Of a stretch of 64,000 nucleotides of DNA, positions 10,493 through 19,733 are shown piece after piece. This stretch comes from an uncultured Gammaproteobacteria bacterium (lineage in GTDB: Bacteria; Pseudomonadota; Gammaproteobacteria; UBA4575): contig CALSUC010000002.1 of assembly GCA_943789445.1 (NCBI GenBank), positions 460,256 to 524,255 on the forward strand, in the 5' to 3' direction. Below the pieces are notes generated by a model, which was not told where the DNA came from, ran no database searches, and worked only from the letters and a program-made list of their open reading frames with translations. Positions within the stretch are counted from its first letter, which is position 1. Each line of letters starts with the position of its first letter. The position numbers and the translations under genes were made by a program.

Positions 10493-11191
10493 TTATACTT
10501 TTAAATAGCGATCAATTAATTCATCGTCAAGTTTTTCTATACTACCTACTGCAACGTTACGACCTTTTTCCATAATGCAGAAATGACTGCCGACTCGACG
10601 AGCAAAGGGTAATTTTTGTTCTACTAAAAGAACAGTCAGTCCAAATTCTTGGTTTAAGCGTATTATAATATCGCCAATTTCACGAACAATATTCGGTTGT
10701 ATCCCCTCAGTAGGTTCATCCAAGATCAATAATTCAGGTTCTATTGCAAGCGCACGGCCAATAGCTAATTGCTGTTGCTGCCCTCCAGAAAGGTCTCCGC
10801 CACGACGATTTTTCATTTCTTTTAGGACTGGGAATAACTCAAATATGATATCGGGTAGTTTTTTTGAGCCACTGCTGATTAATCCTGTTTGTAAGTTTTC
10901 AGTAATACTGAGTTGAGAAAATATTTCGCGGCCTTGTGGTACATAACCAATTTTTAGCTTGGCGCGAGTTTCTGCGGTTGACTTGCTTAATTCATGTTGG
11001 CGAAAAGTGATTGAGCCTTTTCTAATCTTTTCTAAACCCATAATACTTTTTAGTAAGGTTGATTTACCAACACCATTGCGACCCATCAGGCAGGTAATGC
11101 TTCCTTCCTTAATGGCAAGTTTTAAATCCCATAGAGTATGACTTTCGCCATAATATTGGTTGATTCCATCTAACGTTAATAAATTAGCCAC
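10493..11191 (-). CDS. urtE: Urea ABC transporter ATP-binding subunit UrtE
   Basis: GRNGVGKS, YVPQGREIF, LSGGQQQQL, DEPTEGIQP. Confidence 0.95.
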   Translation of the reverse strand: MANLLTLDGINQYYGESHTLWDLKLAIKEGSITCLMGRNGVGKSTLLKSIMGLEKIRKGSITFRQHELSKSTAETRAKLKIGYVPQGREIFSQLSITENLQTGLISSGSKKLPDIIFELFPVLKEMKNRRGGDLSGGQQQQLAIGRALAIEPELLILDEPTEGIQPNIVREIGDIIIRLNQEFGLTVLLVEQKLPFARRVGSHFCIMEKGRNVAVGSIEKLDDELIDRYLKV

Positions 11192-11930
11192 CTAAGTAGA
11201 CCTCAATAACTTTCTCATTGTTGGTAATGCTATCCATAGGGCCTTCGGCTAAAACTTGACCTTGATGTAGTACGGTTACCTTATTTGCTATAAGGCGAAC
11301 AAATTCCATATCATGTTCAACTACGATAACCGATTGAGTGCGTGCTAAGTTTTGCAATAATTCAGCGGTTTTTTCGGTTTCCTGATAGGTCATGCCAGCA
11401 ACAGGCTCATCGACTAATAGGACCTGTGGATTCTGTGTGATTAGCATGCCTATTTCTAACCATTGTTTCTGGCCATGTGACAACTCGCCAGCAAGCCGAT
11501 ACTGCTCATTCGTTAGTCCGATAATTTCTAATGACTGCTCTATCTTTTCGATTTGTGGCTGCTTTAAGCGATGGAATAAATTAGCAAAGACACTACGGTC
11601 TCCTTCTAGGGCTAAGCATAGATTTTCATGTACCGTGTGCTGCTCAAATACTGTTGGCTTTTGAAACTTTCGGCCAATGCCTAGGTTGGCAATTTCTGCC
11701 TCGCTTTTGCCGATTAGATTTATATTTTCCGCAAAGATGATCTCTCCGGTATCAGGTTTTGTTTTTCCTGTAATGATGTCCATCATGGTTGTTTTGCCTG
11801 CACCATTTGGCCCAATGACACAACGTAATTCATTGCGCTCAACATAAAGGCTGAGGTTATTAATAGCCTGGAAGCCATCAAAACTAACCGATACATCATT
11901 TAGGTAGAGGATAGTTTCTTTACTTTTCAT
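11184..11930 (-). CDS. urtD: Urea ABC transporter ATP-binding subunit UrtD
   Basis: GPNGAGKT, GRKFQKP, LSHGQKQWLEIGM. Confidence 0.95.
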   Translation of the reverse strand: MKSKETILYLNDVSVSFDGFQAINNLSLYVERNELRCVIGPNGAGKTTMMDIITGKTKPDTGEIIFAENINLIGKSEAEIANLGIGRKFQKPTVFEQHTVHENLCLALEGDRSVFANLFHRLKQPQIEKIEQSLEIIGLTNEQYRLAGELSHGQKQWLEIGMLITQNPQVLLVDEPVAGMTYQETEKTAELLQNLARTQSVIVVEHDMEFVRLIANKVTVLHQGQVLAEGPMDSITNNEKVIEVYLGG

Positions 11931-13071
11931 CAGTACTGCCTCGCTTTAGTTTGTCACTGCTTGAATTACGCGAAAAGCGTGTGCGTAGTTGAGCATAAAG
12001 ACCGACTAAGCCTTTTGGCATGAATACGGTGACAAATACAAAGATACCACCAAGGATGAAAAGCCAGACCTCAGGGGCCCATGCTGTAAAAATAGTTTTT
12101 GCATAATTCACAACAAAGGCACCTAGGACGGCACCATATAGCGTGCCACGACCACCAATGGCGACCCAGATAACCATTTCAATGGAGCGAATAGGAGCGA
12201 ATTCACTAGGGTTTATGATACCAACCTGTGGTACGTATAAAGCGCCCGCAAGACCTGCTAATAGGGCAGAGATAACGAAGATGAAAAGTTTAATATGCTC
12301 ATCACGATAACCCATAAACCTAACTCGACTTTCAGCATCACGTATCGCCATGGTTAAACTGCCCAATCGGGACTGTGCTATGAATCTGCATATGGCATAA
12401 CCTAATAATAAAGCAGCAGCAGAGGCGATGAAAAGTGCATTGCGAGTGTTATCAGCTTGTAGGTTGAAACCAAGGATTTCCTTGAAGTCTGTGAGACCAT
12501 TGTTGCCACCAAATCCAAAGTTGTTTTGGAAGAAGGCAAGCATTAAAGCATAGGTCATAGCCTGCGTGATTATAGATAGATAGACGCCTGTTACACGTGA
12601 ACGAAACGCCAGCCAGCCGAAGACAAAAGCAAGTATTCCCGGCGCTAAAAAGACCATCAATAGCATCAATGGAAACTGGTCAAAGCCTTGCCAATACCAA
12701 GGTAACTCTGACCAGTTTAGGAAGACCATAAAATCAGGTAGTTCTGGATTGCTATAAACGCCCCTATCCCCAATCTGACGCATTAGATACATGCCCATTG
12801 CATAGCCACCTAATGCAAAGAATGCACCATGACCTAAGCTTAAAATACCTAAATAACCCCAAACCAAATCGACCGATAAGGCAAGAAGGGCATAGCATAG
12901 ATATTTCCCTATCAAGGTCACACTATAGGTTGAGACATGAAATTCTGAGTCTGAAGGTATGATTAAGTTACAGACTGGAACAATGACTGCGAGTGCAATG
13001 CAGCAGAAAGTGAGTACACGACTTCCGGTATCATTTAATAACAGCCGACCAATGAGTGAATGCTGAAGCAT
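11920..13071 (-). CDS. urtC: Urea ABC transporter permease UrtC
   Basis: LPDFMVFLNW, GGNNGLTDF, multi-TM. Confidence 0.95.
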   Translation of the reverse strand: MLQHSLIGRLLLNDTGSRVLTFCCIALAVIVPVCNLIIPSDSEFHVSTYSVTLIGKYLCYALLALSVDLVWGYLGILSLGHGAFFALGGYAMGMYLMRQIGDRGVYSNPELPDFMVFLNWSELPWYWQGFDQFPLMLLMVFLAPGILAFVFGWLAFRSRVTGVYLSIITQAMTYALMLAFFQNNFGFGGNNGLTDFKEILGFNLQADNTRNALFIASAAALLLGYAICRFIAQSRLGSLTMAIRDAESRVRFMGYRDEHIKLFIFVISALLAGLAGALYVPQVGIINPSEFAPIRSIEMVIWVAIGGRGTLYGAVLGAFVVNYAKTIFTAWAPEVWLFILGGIFVFVTVFMPKGLVGLYAQLRTRFSRNSSSDKLKRGSTDEK

Positions 13072-13074
13072 GAC

Positions 13075-14727
13075 TTAGTTCTCGGCTGAACGACCCTTCA
13101 GAGCAAACATACCCCTAGGTCGTTTTTGAATGAATAATATGATGAAGACTAAGATCACTACCTTTGCAATAACAGCACCGGTCATTGGCTCTAAATATTT
13201 ATTTGCGATGCCTAGGGTCATTGCACCAAAGAACGTACCCCATAAATTACCAACACCACCAAATACCACCACCATAAAGGAATCAATAATGTAGGCTTGG
13301 CCTAAATTAGGACCAACGTTAGTGAGCTGGCTAAGTGCAACACCAGCCATGCCAGCGATACCTGAGCCTAAGCCAAAGGTATAAGCATCGATCCAATCAG
13401 TACGAATACCCATGGCCTTAGCCATGGTGCGATTTTGTGTGACGGCACGTACTTGAAGTCCAAAACGTGTTTTCTGTAAAAGCAGCATTAAACCGATTAA
13501 TACTGCTATCGAAAATAGAATGATATAGAGGCGGTTATAGGTTAGTGCTAAAGCAGGATTGATTTGCAAAGAGCCACTCATCCATTCTGGAGTAGCTACT
13601 GCTCTATTTTGTGGTGAGATTATGGTGCGTACAGCTTGCTGTAGTATTAAGCTAATACCGAAAGTTGCGAGCAAAGTTTCTAAAGGACGGCCATAAAGAT
13701 GGCGAATTATGCTGCGTTCGATAATAACGCCAACCAGTGCAGTGAAGACAAAGGCAATCGGAATTGCGATCAGAGGTGAGTAAGCAATCGCGTTAGGCAT
13801 GATTTGCTGAATAATATAGGTAGTGTAGGCGCCTAACATAAGCATCTCGCCATGAGCCATATTGATTACACCCATAACACCAAAGGTGATGGCTAGGCCA
13901 ACTGCAGCTAGTAGTAAAACAGAGCCCAGACTGACACCAAAGAAGATGTTTTCAAGCTGTTTATACCAGCCTAGCTTAAAATCAATTTTTTCTATGCTGG
14001 CTTCTAGAGTGTGTTTTAGTTCTTGTTTTTCTGTGCTTAGAGGGTTTCCAGTGATACTTCTTAAGCCATTGCTTAAGGTATTTTTAACTTCAGGGTAGAG
14101 CGAATTAGAAAGCGTTTTTACTGCGCTAAGTTGTTCGTCGACACTGCCATTCTTGAATGAATATAAAGCGATGCCGGTTTGCATAATTTCGACTATAGAG
14201 TCATCTTTTTCTATGGTCAGCCGGCCTGTAAATAATTGAAGGCCACTTTTATTGATGTCTTTGAGGATTTCTTCAGCTGCTTGCTGGCGCACTGCTTTGT
14301 TCGGACTGTCCAAGGAGAGTTTGGCAATCTCCACTTTAAGTTGACGTCTTAGTTTATTATTAATACCTACTTTTTTAATTCTTTTTTTTGCGATAACACC
14401 TAAATCAGTGCCGCTAATAGCGTTACGTATCACAGCGTTTTTATTATCCAACTTGGCAATAACGATAGTTTTTGTTTTCTTCAGAAAATAGATATTGCCA
14501 TCTAAAAGTTGCTGAAGGATGACTAGCGCTTGTGAGTCTTTTGAGGTGGCGATAGCCTGTATATATTCTTTTTTCTTTGTGAAACTCTTTGATGAGAGGC
14601 CATTGATAGCGTCATGGAAGATGGTTTCTGAGATGGTGTCCGGTTTTATTTCTATGTCGTTAGACCAACTTAGGCCTGCACTGAATAAGCTGCCACATAA
14701 GATAAGTAGAAGAGCGAAATTTCGCAT
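13075..14727 (-). CDS. urtB: Urea ABC transporter permease UrtB with N-terminal periplasmic domain
   Basis: GVINMAHGE, LYGRPLETLLATFG, DSFMVVVFGGVG. Confidence 0.95.
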   Translation of the reverse strand: MRNFALLLILCGSLFSAGLSWSNDIEIKPDTISETIFHDAINGLSSKSFTKKKEYIQAIATSKDSQALVILQQLLDGNIYFLKKTKTIVIAKLDNKNAVIRNAISGTDLGVIAKKRIKKVGINNKLRRQLKVEIAKLSLDSPNKAVRQQAAEEILKDINKSGLQLFTGRLTIEKDDSIVEIMQTGIALYSFKNGSVDEQLSAVKTLSNSLYPEVKNTLSNGLRSITGNPLSTEKQELKHTLEASIEKIDFKLGWYKQLENIFFGVSLGSVLLLAAVGLAITFGVMGVINMAHGEMLMLGAYTTYIIQQIMPNAIAYSPLIAIPIAFVFTALVGVIIERSIIRHLYGRPLETLLATFGISLILQQAVRTIISPQNRAVATPEWMSGSLQINPALALTYNRLYIILFSIAVLIGLMLLLQKTRFGLQVRAVTQNRTMAKAMGIRTDWIDAYTFGLGSGIAGMAGVALSQLTNVGPNLGQAYIIDSFMVVVFGGVGNLWGTFFGAMTLGIANKYLEPMTGAVIAKVVILVFIILFIQKRPRGMFALKGRSAEN

Positions 14728-14750
14728 GGTTATTCACTGGGTTAAAGATT

Positions 14751-14774
14751 ACTGGGCACTTTCTTGTGCCCAGT
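14751..14774 (-). other. Intercistronic stem-loop after urtA (possible mRNA stabiliser/attenuator)
   Basis: ACTGGGCAC-6 nt-GTGCCCAGT perfect 9-bp inverted repeat. Confidence 0.55.
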
Positions 14775-14804
14775 GATCTTATGCTTAAGCTTAAGCGGTT
14801 CGAT

Positions 14805-16094
14805 TTAAAAGTTTTGCCCTGAGCACTTCTTGGTTTCTGTGTTGTAGTTACCACAGTTGATTGCTGGATCAGCCCAGTCCGACACAATGACTGCGCTTTC
14901 TGGTAGGAAGTCAGTCCAAGCATCACCGACTACTTCACCTTCAGTCTGCCAAACGATTTCAAATTGACCATCATCTTGAATCTCACCAATGAGTACTGGT
15001 TTTGATAGATGGTGGTTAGAGTTCATTACCGCTGTACCACCGGTTAAGTTAGGTAAAGACAGGCCATACATTGCTGGTCGTACTTTATCGACTTCAGTGC
15101 TGTCTACTTTACTAACTGCTTCGGCCCACATCTTAAAACCAATGTATGTTGCTTCCATTGGATCATTAGTTACGCGTGAATCATCACCAATGAAGCTCTG
15201 CCACGTTTCAATGAAGGTGTCATTGGTATCGCTCTCAGCTGATTGGAAATAGTTCCATGCTGCTAGATGACCGACTAGAGGTGTGGTATCGATGCCTGAT
15301 AATTCTTCTTCGCCAACAGAGAATGCAACGACTGGAATATTATCTGCAGAGAGACCTTGGTTACCCAGCTCTTTGTAGAAGGGTACGTTTGCATCACCAT
15401 TAATGGTGGAAACAACAGCAGTTTTCTTGCCAGTTGAACCAAATGATTTGATATCAGAGACAATAGTCTGCCAGTCAGAATGACCAAATGGAGTGTAGTT
15501 AATCATGATGTCTTTTGCAGCAACACCTTTGAGCTTTAGGTAAGACTCTAAGATTTTATTGGTAGTGCGTGGGTAAACGTAATCGGTGCCCGCTAAGACC
15601 CAACGCTTAACGCCTTGATCCATTAAGTAATCTACTGCAGGAATGGCTTGTTGATTAGGTGATGCACCAGTGTAAAAGACATTTTTAGATGACTCTTCAC
15701 CCTCATACTGCACTGGGTAAAATAAGAGGCCATTTAGTTCTTCTACTACAGGTAACACGGATTTGCGTGAAACAGACGTCCAGCAACCGAAAATGACATC
15801 TACTTCATGTACTTCGATAAGCTCACGCATTTTTTCAGCAAACAAAGGCCAGTCAGATGCAGGATCAACTACTACAGCTTCTAATTTTTTACCTAGTAAA
15901 CCACCAGCTTTATTTTGTTCTTCGATCATCATTAAAACGGTGTCTTTTAATGTGGTCTCACTGATTGCCATAGTGCCAGATAAGGAATGTAAAACACCTA
16001 CCTTAATAGTGTCGCTATGATCATCGGCTTGTGCACTCAGACTAAACAGGCTGAGTGTTAACAAACAAATGCTTAATAGAGAATGTTTCTTCAT
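14805..16094 (-). CDS. urtA: Urea ABC transporter substrate-binding protein UrtA (likely start MKKH at 16094)
   Basis: Signal peptide; HSLSGTMAISE, GCWTSVSRKSV, YPVQYEG, DYVYPR. Confidence 0.97.
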   Translation of the reverse strand: MKKHSLLSICLLTLSLFSLSAQADDHSDTIKVGVLHSLSGTMAISETTLKDTVLMMIEEQNKAGGLLGKKLEAVVVDPASDWPLFAEKMRELIEVHEVDVIFGCWTSVSRKSVLPVVEELNGLLFYPVQYEGEESSKNVFYTGASPNQQAIPAVDYLMDQGVKRWVLAGTDYVYPRTTNKILESYLKLKGVAAKDIMINYTPFGHSDWQTIVSDIKSFGSTGKKTAVVSTINGDANVPFYKELGNQGLSADNIPVVAFSVGEEELSGIDTTPLVGHLAAWNYFQSAESDTNDTFIETWQSFIGDDSRVTNDPMEATYIGFKMWAEAVSKVDSTEVDKVRPAMYGLSLPNLTGGTAVMNSNHHLSKPVLIGEIQDDGQFEIVWQTEGEVVGDAWTDFLPESAVIVSDWADPAINCGNYNTETKKCSGQNF

Positions 16095-16164
16095 TGTGTA
16101 CTCCATATTGATTGAACATTAGTGTGGATATTTATTTCATAAATGTGTCTATGTGGATTAATCC

Positions 16165-16181
16165 TGCAAAATTGGTGCCAA
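16165..16181 (-). promoter_or_regulatory. Sigma-54 (-24/-12) promoter of the urt-ure operon
   Basis: Minus strand TTGGCACCAATTTTGCA: GG-N10-GC with canonical flanks, about 70 nt upstream of urtA. Confidence 0.85.
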
Positions 16182-16265
16182 CTGTAAAAAAATTCGATGA
16201 AATCAAGTTCACATAACAAAATTGAATTTAATGCTTGAAGGATTTCCGTGCTGCAATGAAAGAAA

Positions 16266-16282
16266 GGCACTACCGTGGTGCA
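16266..16282. promoter_or_regulatory. NtrC-binding site 1
   Basis: GGCACTACCGTGGTGCA vs consensus TGCACCA-N3-TGGTGCA. Confidence 0.8.
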
Positions 16283-16305
16283 GTTTTTGAGGGGTGTGTG
16301 AGTTA

Positions 16306-16322
16306 CGCACTTGTTGAGTGCA
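16306..16322. promoter_or_regulatory. NtrC-binding site 2
   Basis: CGCACTTGTTGAGTGCA = GCAC-N7-GTGC, 40 bp from site 1. Confidence 0.7.
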
Positions 16323-16521
16323 ATATGTTGATGAGCCTTAATTACCACAGATGAATTTGTGGTATTTCTCATTAGAGGGGCGAGGGTGCTGTTGTATAAG
16401 GAAAGTTGATGAAATATGGTGCGTATAATAGATATTTAATCTATTGAATATAAATTAAATGTACAAATCAATGTTTAGCCTGTAATATACTTAAACTTAA
16501 TTTATACATACAGAGACTATT

Positions 16522-17523
16522 ATGCAGACTCAAATTGCAAACGACGAATATAAAATTGGTGCAGTTTCCAAAATTACCGGTATCGGTACGGAGACCTTAC
16601 GGGCGTGGGAGCGACGTTATAAAGCGGTAGTTCCTAAGCGTTCTGAGTCTGGTGATCGTGTCTATGATGCCGAAAATCTATCCAAGCTCTTTATGCTGAA
16701 AAACCTAGTTGATGTCGGTAACTCCATTGGCACCATTGCTCATCTTTCCTTGAGCGAGCTTAAAGTGAAATGGGAAAATTCAAATCAGGCGGCAAATAGT
16801 ATGAAATGGGCGGAAGTTGATAACGTCCAGCCACGTGAGTTTAGCCGTACTCAAAAGTGTAGGGTCTTACTTCTAGGTGAAGAGTTTCCGCTACGTGTTT
16901 TAGATGGTATGTCTGATTTCGAAGGGGTTGAGGTTGTTGAACAGCCCATGGGATTAGATGAGTGGGCAGAAAGCAAAGATGACAATCCAATACATGTGGT
17001 AATTATTGAGCGACCAACGATTAATAGTGATACACGTGAATACATATCACAGATCTTAAAGTGTACAGGTGCTTGGCACGTCATTGCCCTATATGGTTTT
17101 GGTTCGCAGTCTGAGATTAATAAACTACAAAGTCCGCAAGTGAGTGCAATCCGTTCTTCAATTGATGTCTATGAACTTGCCCGACTTTGTGTTGATAGAG
17201 TCGGTGGTGATTCAAAGTTTGTTACGACTACTGCGGTCGGAACGGTTTACATGGAAGAGTCGATACCAACGCGTCGCTATAGTTCAAAGCAGTTGGAAAG
17301 CCTCTCACGGTTCCCATCATCTATTCAGTGCGAATGTCCGCAGCATATTTCGGACCTGATTAAAAACTTAGTCGCCTTCGAGATCTATAGTGCTGAATGT
17401 GAGAATAAGAATGATGATGATGCTAGGTTACATTCCTTCTTACATGCAACAACAGCGCAATCACGCGCTATTTTAGAAGATGCCTTAGCGCACTTACTGA
17501 AGTATGAAAACATTAGTATCTAG
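16522..17523 (+). CDS. MerR-family transcriptional regulator with C-terminal CECPxH...C domain
   Basis: YKIGAVSKITGI..ETLRAWERRY..VVPKRSESGDRVY MerR wHTH; C-terminal IQCECPQH and YSAEC. Confidence 0.85.
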   Translation: MQTQIANDEYKIGAVSKITGIGTETLRAWERRYKAVVPKRSESGDRVYDAENLSKLFMLKNLVDVGNSIGTIAHLSLSELKVKWENSNQAANSMKWAEVDNVQPREFSRTQKCRVLLLGEEFPLRVLDGMSDFEGVEVVEQPMGLDEWAESKDDNPIHVVIIERPTINSDTREYISQILKCTGAWHVIALYGFGSQSEINKLQSPQVSAIRSSIDVYELARLCVDRVGGDSKFVTTTAVGTVYMEESIPTRRYSSKQLESLSRFPSSIQCECPQHISDLIKNLVAFEIYSAECENKNDDDARLHSFLHATTAQSRAILEDALAHLLKYENISI

Positions 17524-17547
17524 TGCGTAGATACTTTTTTCGGAACC

Positions 17548-17579
17548 AAAAAAAGACCCGCTTTTGCGGGTCTTTTTTT
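17548..17579. terminator. Bidirectional rho-independent terminator
   Basis: A7-GACCCGC-TTTT-GCGGGTC-T7 between convergent genes. Confidence 0.9.
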
Positions 17580-17605
17580 ATCTAGCCTTTTAAATGTAAA
17601 AGGTT

Positions 17606-17920
17606 TTAGTTGATAGCACCTTGCTCAAAATCAACTTCAATTTCAACATCACTCTGAAGGCGTGTTTGGCATGCGAGTACCATACCTGATTTTAACTGCT
17701 CTCCATCTAGGACATATGCAAAATCGTTTAAGGCCTTAATTTTTCCAGTCTTTACAGTTGCGCGACAGCTGCCACAGCTACCTACGCGGCATTCGTGTGG
17801 CCACTTAACACCTGCGTTCAAAGCTGCCTGCAGAAGGTTAATACCGCCTTTAACTTCGAAGCTTTCACCTGTGTTCAATATAGTTGCAGTGAAATCTTTC
17901 TTTTTGCCGAATCCAAACAT
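17606..17920 (-). CDS. Stand-alone plant-type 2Fe-2S ferredoxin
   Basis: CRVGSCGSC...LACQ (C-X4-C-X2-C...C); GGAG RBS. Confidence 0.9.
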   Translation of the reverse strand: MFGFGKKKDFTATILNTGESFEVKGGINLLQAALNAGVKWPHECRVGSCGSCRATVKTGKIKALNDFAYVLDGEQLKSGMVLACQTRLQSDVEIEVDFEQGAIN

Positions 17921-18042
17921 GTCTTAAATCTCCAAATGTAAATTATTAAATATTAAATTATTTTTAAACTAGCCGGATTGGTTGCCGGTGATTATCCAAA
18001 AATGGTTCTTTGCTGATGAATTTGAGAGTAAGTCGTCTTTAA

Positions 18043-18222
18043 TCACTTATTAGTTGAAATGCCAAAGGGTAGATAAGCTGGACACCAGCCTAAAAGCCCT
18101 GTCATAACAGGTATCACTCCTAAGGCTCCCCACCAGGTGGGTTGTGCAAGGCCAACACCAACAATAAACATGCCTACTAAAATACGTGCCATCCGCTCGG
18201 TATTACTAACGTTACAAACCAT
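18043..18222 (-). CDS. DUF2892 (YgaP-like) small membrane protein, 59 aa, absent from ORF track
   Basis: Hand-translated: MVCNVSNTERMARILVGMFIVGVGLAQPTWWGALGVIPVMTGLLGWCPAYLPFGISTNK; NV..ER..R and TG..GWCP.Y..GIST signature. Confidence 0.85.
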   Translation of the reverse strand: MVCNVSNTERMARILVGMFIVGVGLAQPTWWGALGVIPVMTGLLGWCPAYLPFGISTNK

Positions 18223-18332
18223 TGTACTGTCTTTATATTTTTATTGTGTACACAGTATAACCCAGTTCATCTGTATATCGATTATTCAATGCTACTCTGT
18301 ACAGTCTTTGTTTGTTTAATTTTCCCGGTTTA

Positions 18333-18356
18333 TAGGTGGAATATGTATTCCACCTA
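18333..18356. other. 10-bp perfect hairpin downstream of glcG-like gene (possible terminator)
   Basis: TAGGTGGAAT-ATGT-ATTCCACCTA; no clear U tract. Confidence 0.45.
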
Positions 18357-18437
18357 CTCTTAATCCAGCAATCGTTGACGACACTCTGTTTCGTATAGGG
18401 ATTGAACAGGCTAGACGTTCCTAACTGGTGTAGCTAT

Positions 18438-18875
18438 CTATTTACCTGCGTCGGCAACTAAGCTGACTGCTTCAATCCCTGCAATAGCACAGGCTTCATC
18501 ATTATCAGACGTGTCACCAGTAATACCTACTGCTGCAATAACTTCACCCGAGGCATCCCGGACTAAAACGCCGCCAGGTACAGGGACTAGTTTTTGGTCG
18601 GCTAGACCAACTAAGGAATTCATGAACATTGGGCGTTCTTCACCAATATTGAACAGGGTGCGTGATGCCATACCAAGGGCCAATGAACCCCAAGCCTTAC
18701 CAAAGGCAATTTGAGGACGGAAGAAAGTCGCGCTATCAGCACGCTGCATGGCTTTTAGGTGGCCGCCGGCGTCTAAGACAACAATAGTCAAAGGCGCTAA
18801 TCCGAGTTCAGCTCCTTTGGCAAATGCGTTTTCAATAATGGTGTTGGCTTGTTCTAAGCTTAGTTGTGAGCTCAT
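18438..18875 (-). CDS. GlcG/HbpS family heme-binding protein
   Basis: VLDAGGHL, IAFGKAW, VPGGV, VGITGDTSDNDE. Confidence 0.88.
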   Translation of the reverse strand: MSSQLSLEQANTIIENAFAKGAELGLAPLTIVVLDAGGHLKAMQRADSATFFRPQIAFGKAWGSLALGMASRTLFNIGEERPMFMNSLVGLADQKLVPVPGGVLVRDASGEVIAAVGITGDTSDNDEACAIAGIEAVSLVADAGK

Positions 18876-18981
18876 GATAGTCCTTCTAAGGGATTTGTTT
18901 ATTTGTATAGGCTGAAAATTATGAGCGCTAGAGTACTGTCGATTGTCTTCAGTTACTAGTTTATTTAGCCAAATAAGTAGC

Positions 18982-19361
18982 TTAAGCCGGAGATTTAAGC
19001 GTTTTAGATAGTGCTATGAAACGCAAGGTAGTGCCGTTATTGCACCAACGTTCACCGCTAGGGAGTGGGCCATCCATAATCAAATGTCCTGACGCCATTC
19101 ATGATTTAGAGGGCTAGAGCGGCGTGGCTCGGTCTTTGCCTGACGGAGTACCTGATAGGCATTGTCTTCCAGTAATTGACGCCATTGTTGATCACTATAA
19201 TGAAGCTGACGGAGATCTAGGCTACGCTAGTAGCGAGGTTGTGCTTTACCCCCTAAGTATTGTGTATAGATAAAGGCACCTAAGCCGATGCTGGCGAATA
19301 AAAAATGCCTTCTGTTTAATGCAAACGAGTTGGTACTGCGGTTTTTTGCGCTAAACTTCAC
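18982..19361 (-). pseudogene. msrB: Decayed Tat-signal peptide-methionine (R)-S-oxide reductase MsrB
   Basis: Hand-translated: NRRHFL twin-Arg signal; in-frame TAG (19227-19229); SDQQWRQLL...YQVLRQAKTEPRRSSPLNHEWRQ; frameshift near 19088; then GHLIMDGPLPSGERWCNNGTTLRF; central core missing. Confidence 0.85.
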
Positions 19362-19442
19362 GATTACACCTCGGGATCATAGCTCTAGCTTAGAATATAG
19401 CTGGGTAGGCTAGTTCCCATTAACTGATTTCCTGAGATAGCT

Positions 19443-19733
19443 GTGACTACTGAACAAATCAAAGAGCAATTTAATCGTTTAAATCGACGCATCAGCTTAG
19501 GCATTGTAATGCTGACTTTGCTGGTCTCATTATTATTCTGGAAGCTGGGTTACACCTCAGGCGGCGAGCAATCACTGTGGATCGGTATTGCATTGATGTC
19601 GCTGGCACTGATCTTCGGCAAGATCCCACATATGTGTTTTCTGCTGATGCGAATGCAGGCAGGCGTGCAAGGGCATGATTTACTGCAAATGAGCTGGGCG
19701 GCTTTTAAGGACTGGATGCGGCAGAATAGCTGA
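19443..19733 (+). CDS. Hypothetical small membrane protein (2 TM)
   Basis: Two hydrophobic segments; fills the gap without overlap. Confidence 0.55.
   Translation: MTTEQIKEQFNRLNRRISLGIVMLTLLVSLLFWKLGYTSGGEQSLWIGIALMSLALIFGKIPHMCFLLMRMQAGVQGHDLLQMSWAAFKDWMRQNS

Noticed and set aside
16091..16372. 93-aa ORF upstream of urtA
   Set aside because: Runs across the sigma-54 promoter and NtrC boxes; no protein motif
18137..18319. 60-aa plus-strand ORF
   Set aside because: Antisense to the better-supported DUF2892 gene and its promoter region
19227..19229. In-frame TAG in msrB as possible recoding or read-through
   Set aside because: The gene also has a frameshift and lacks its core, so decay is simpler; selenocysteine MsrB uses TGA at the catalytic site
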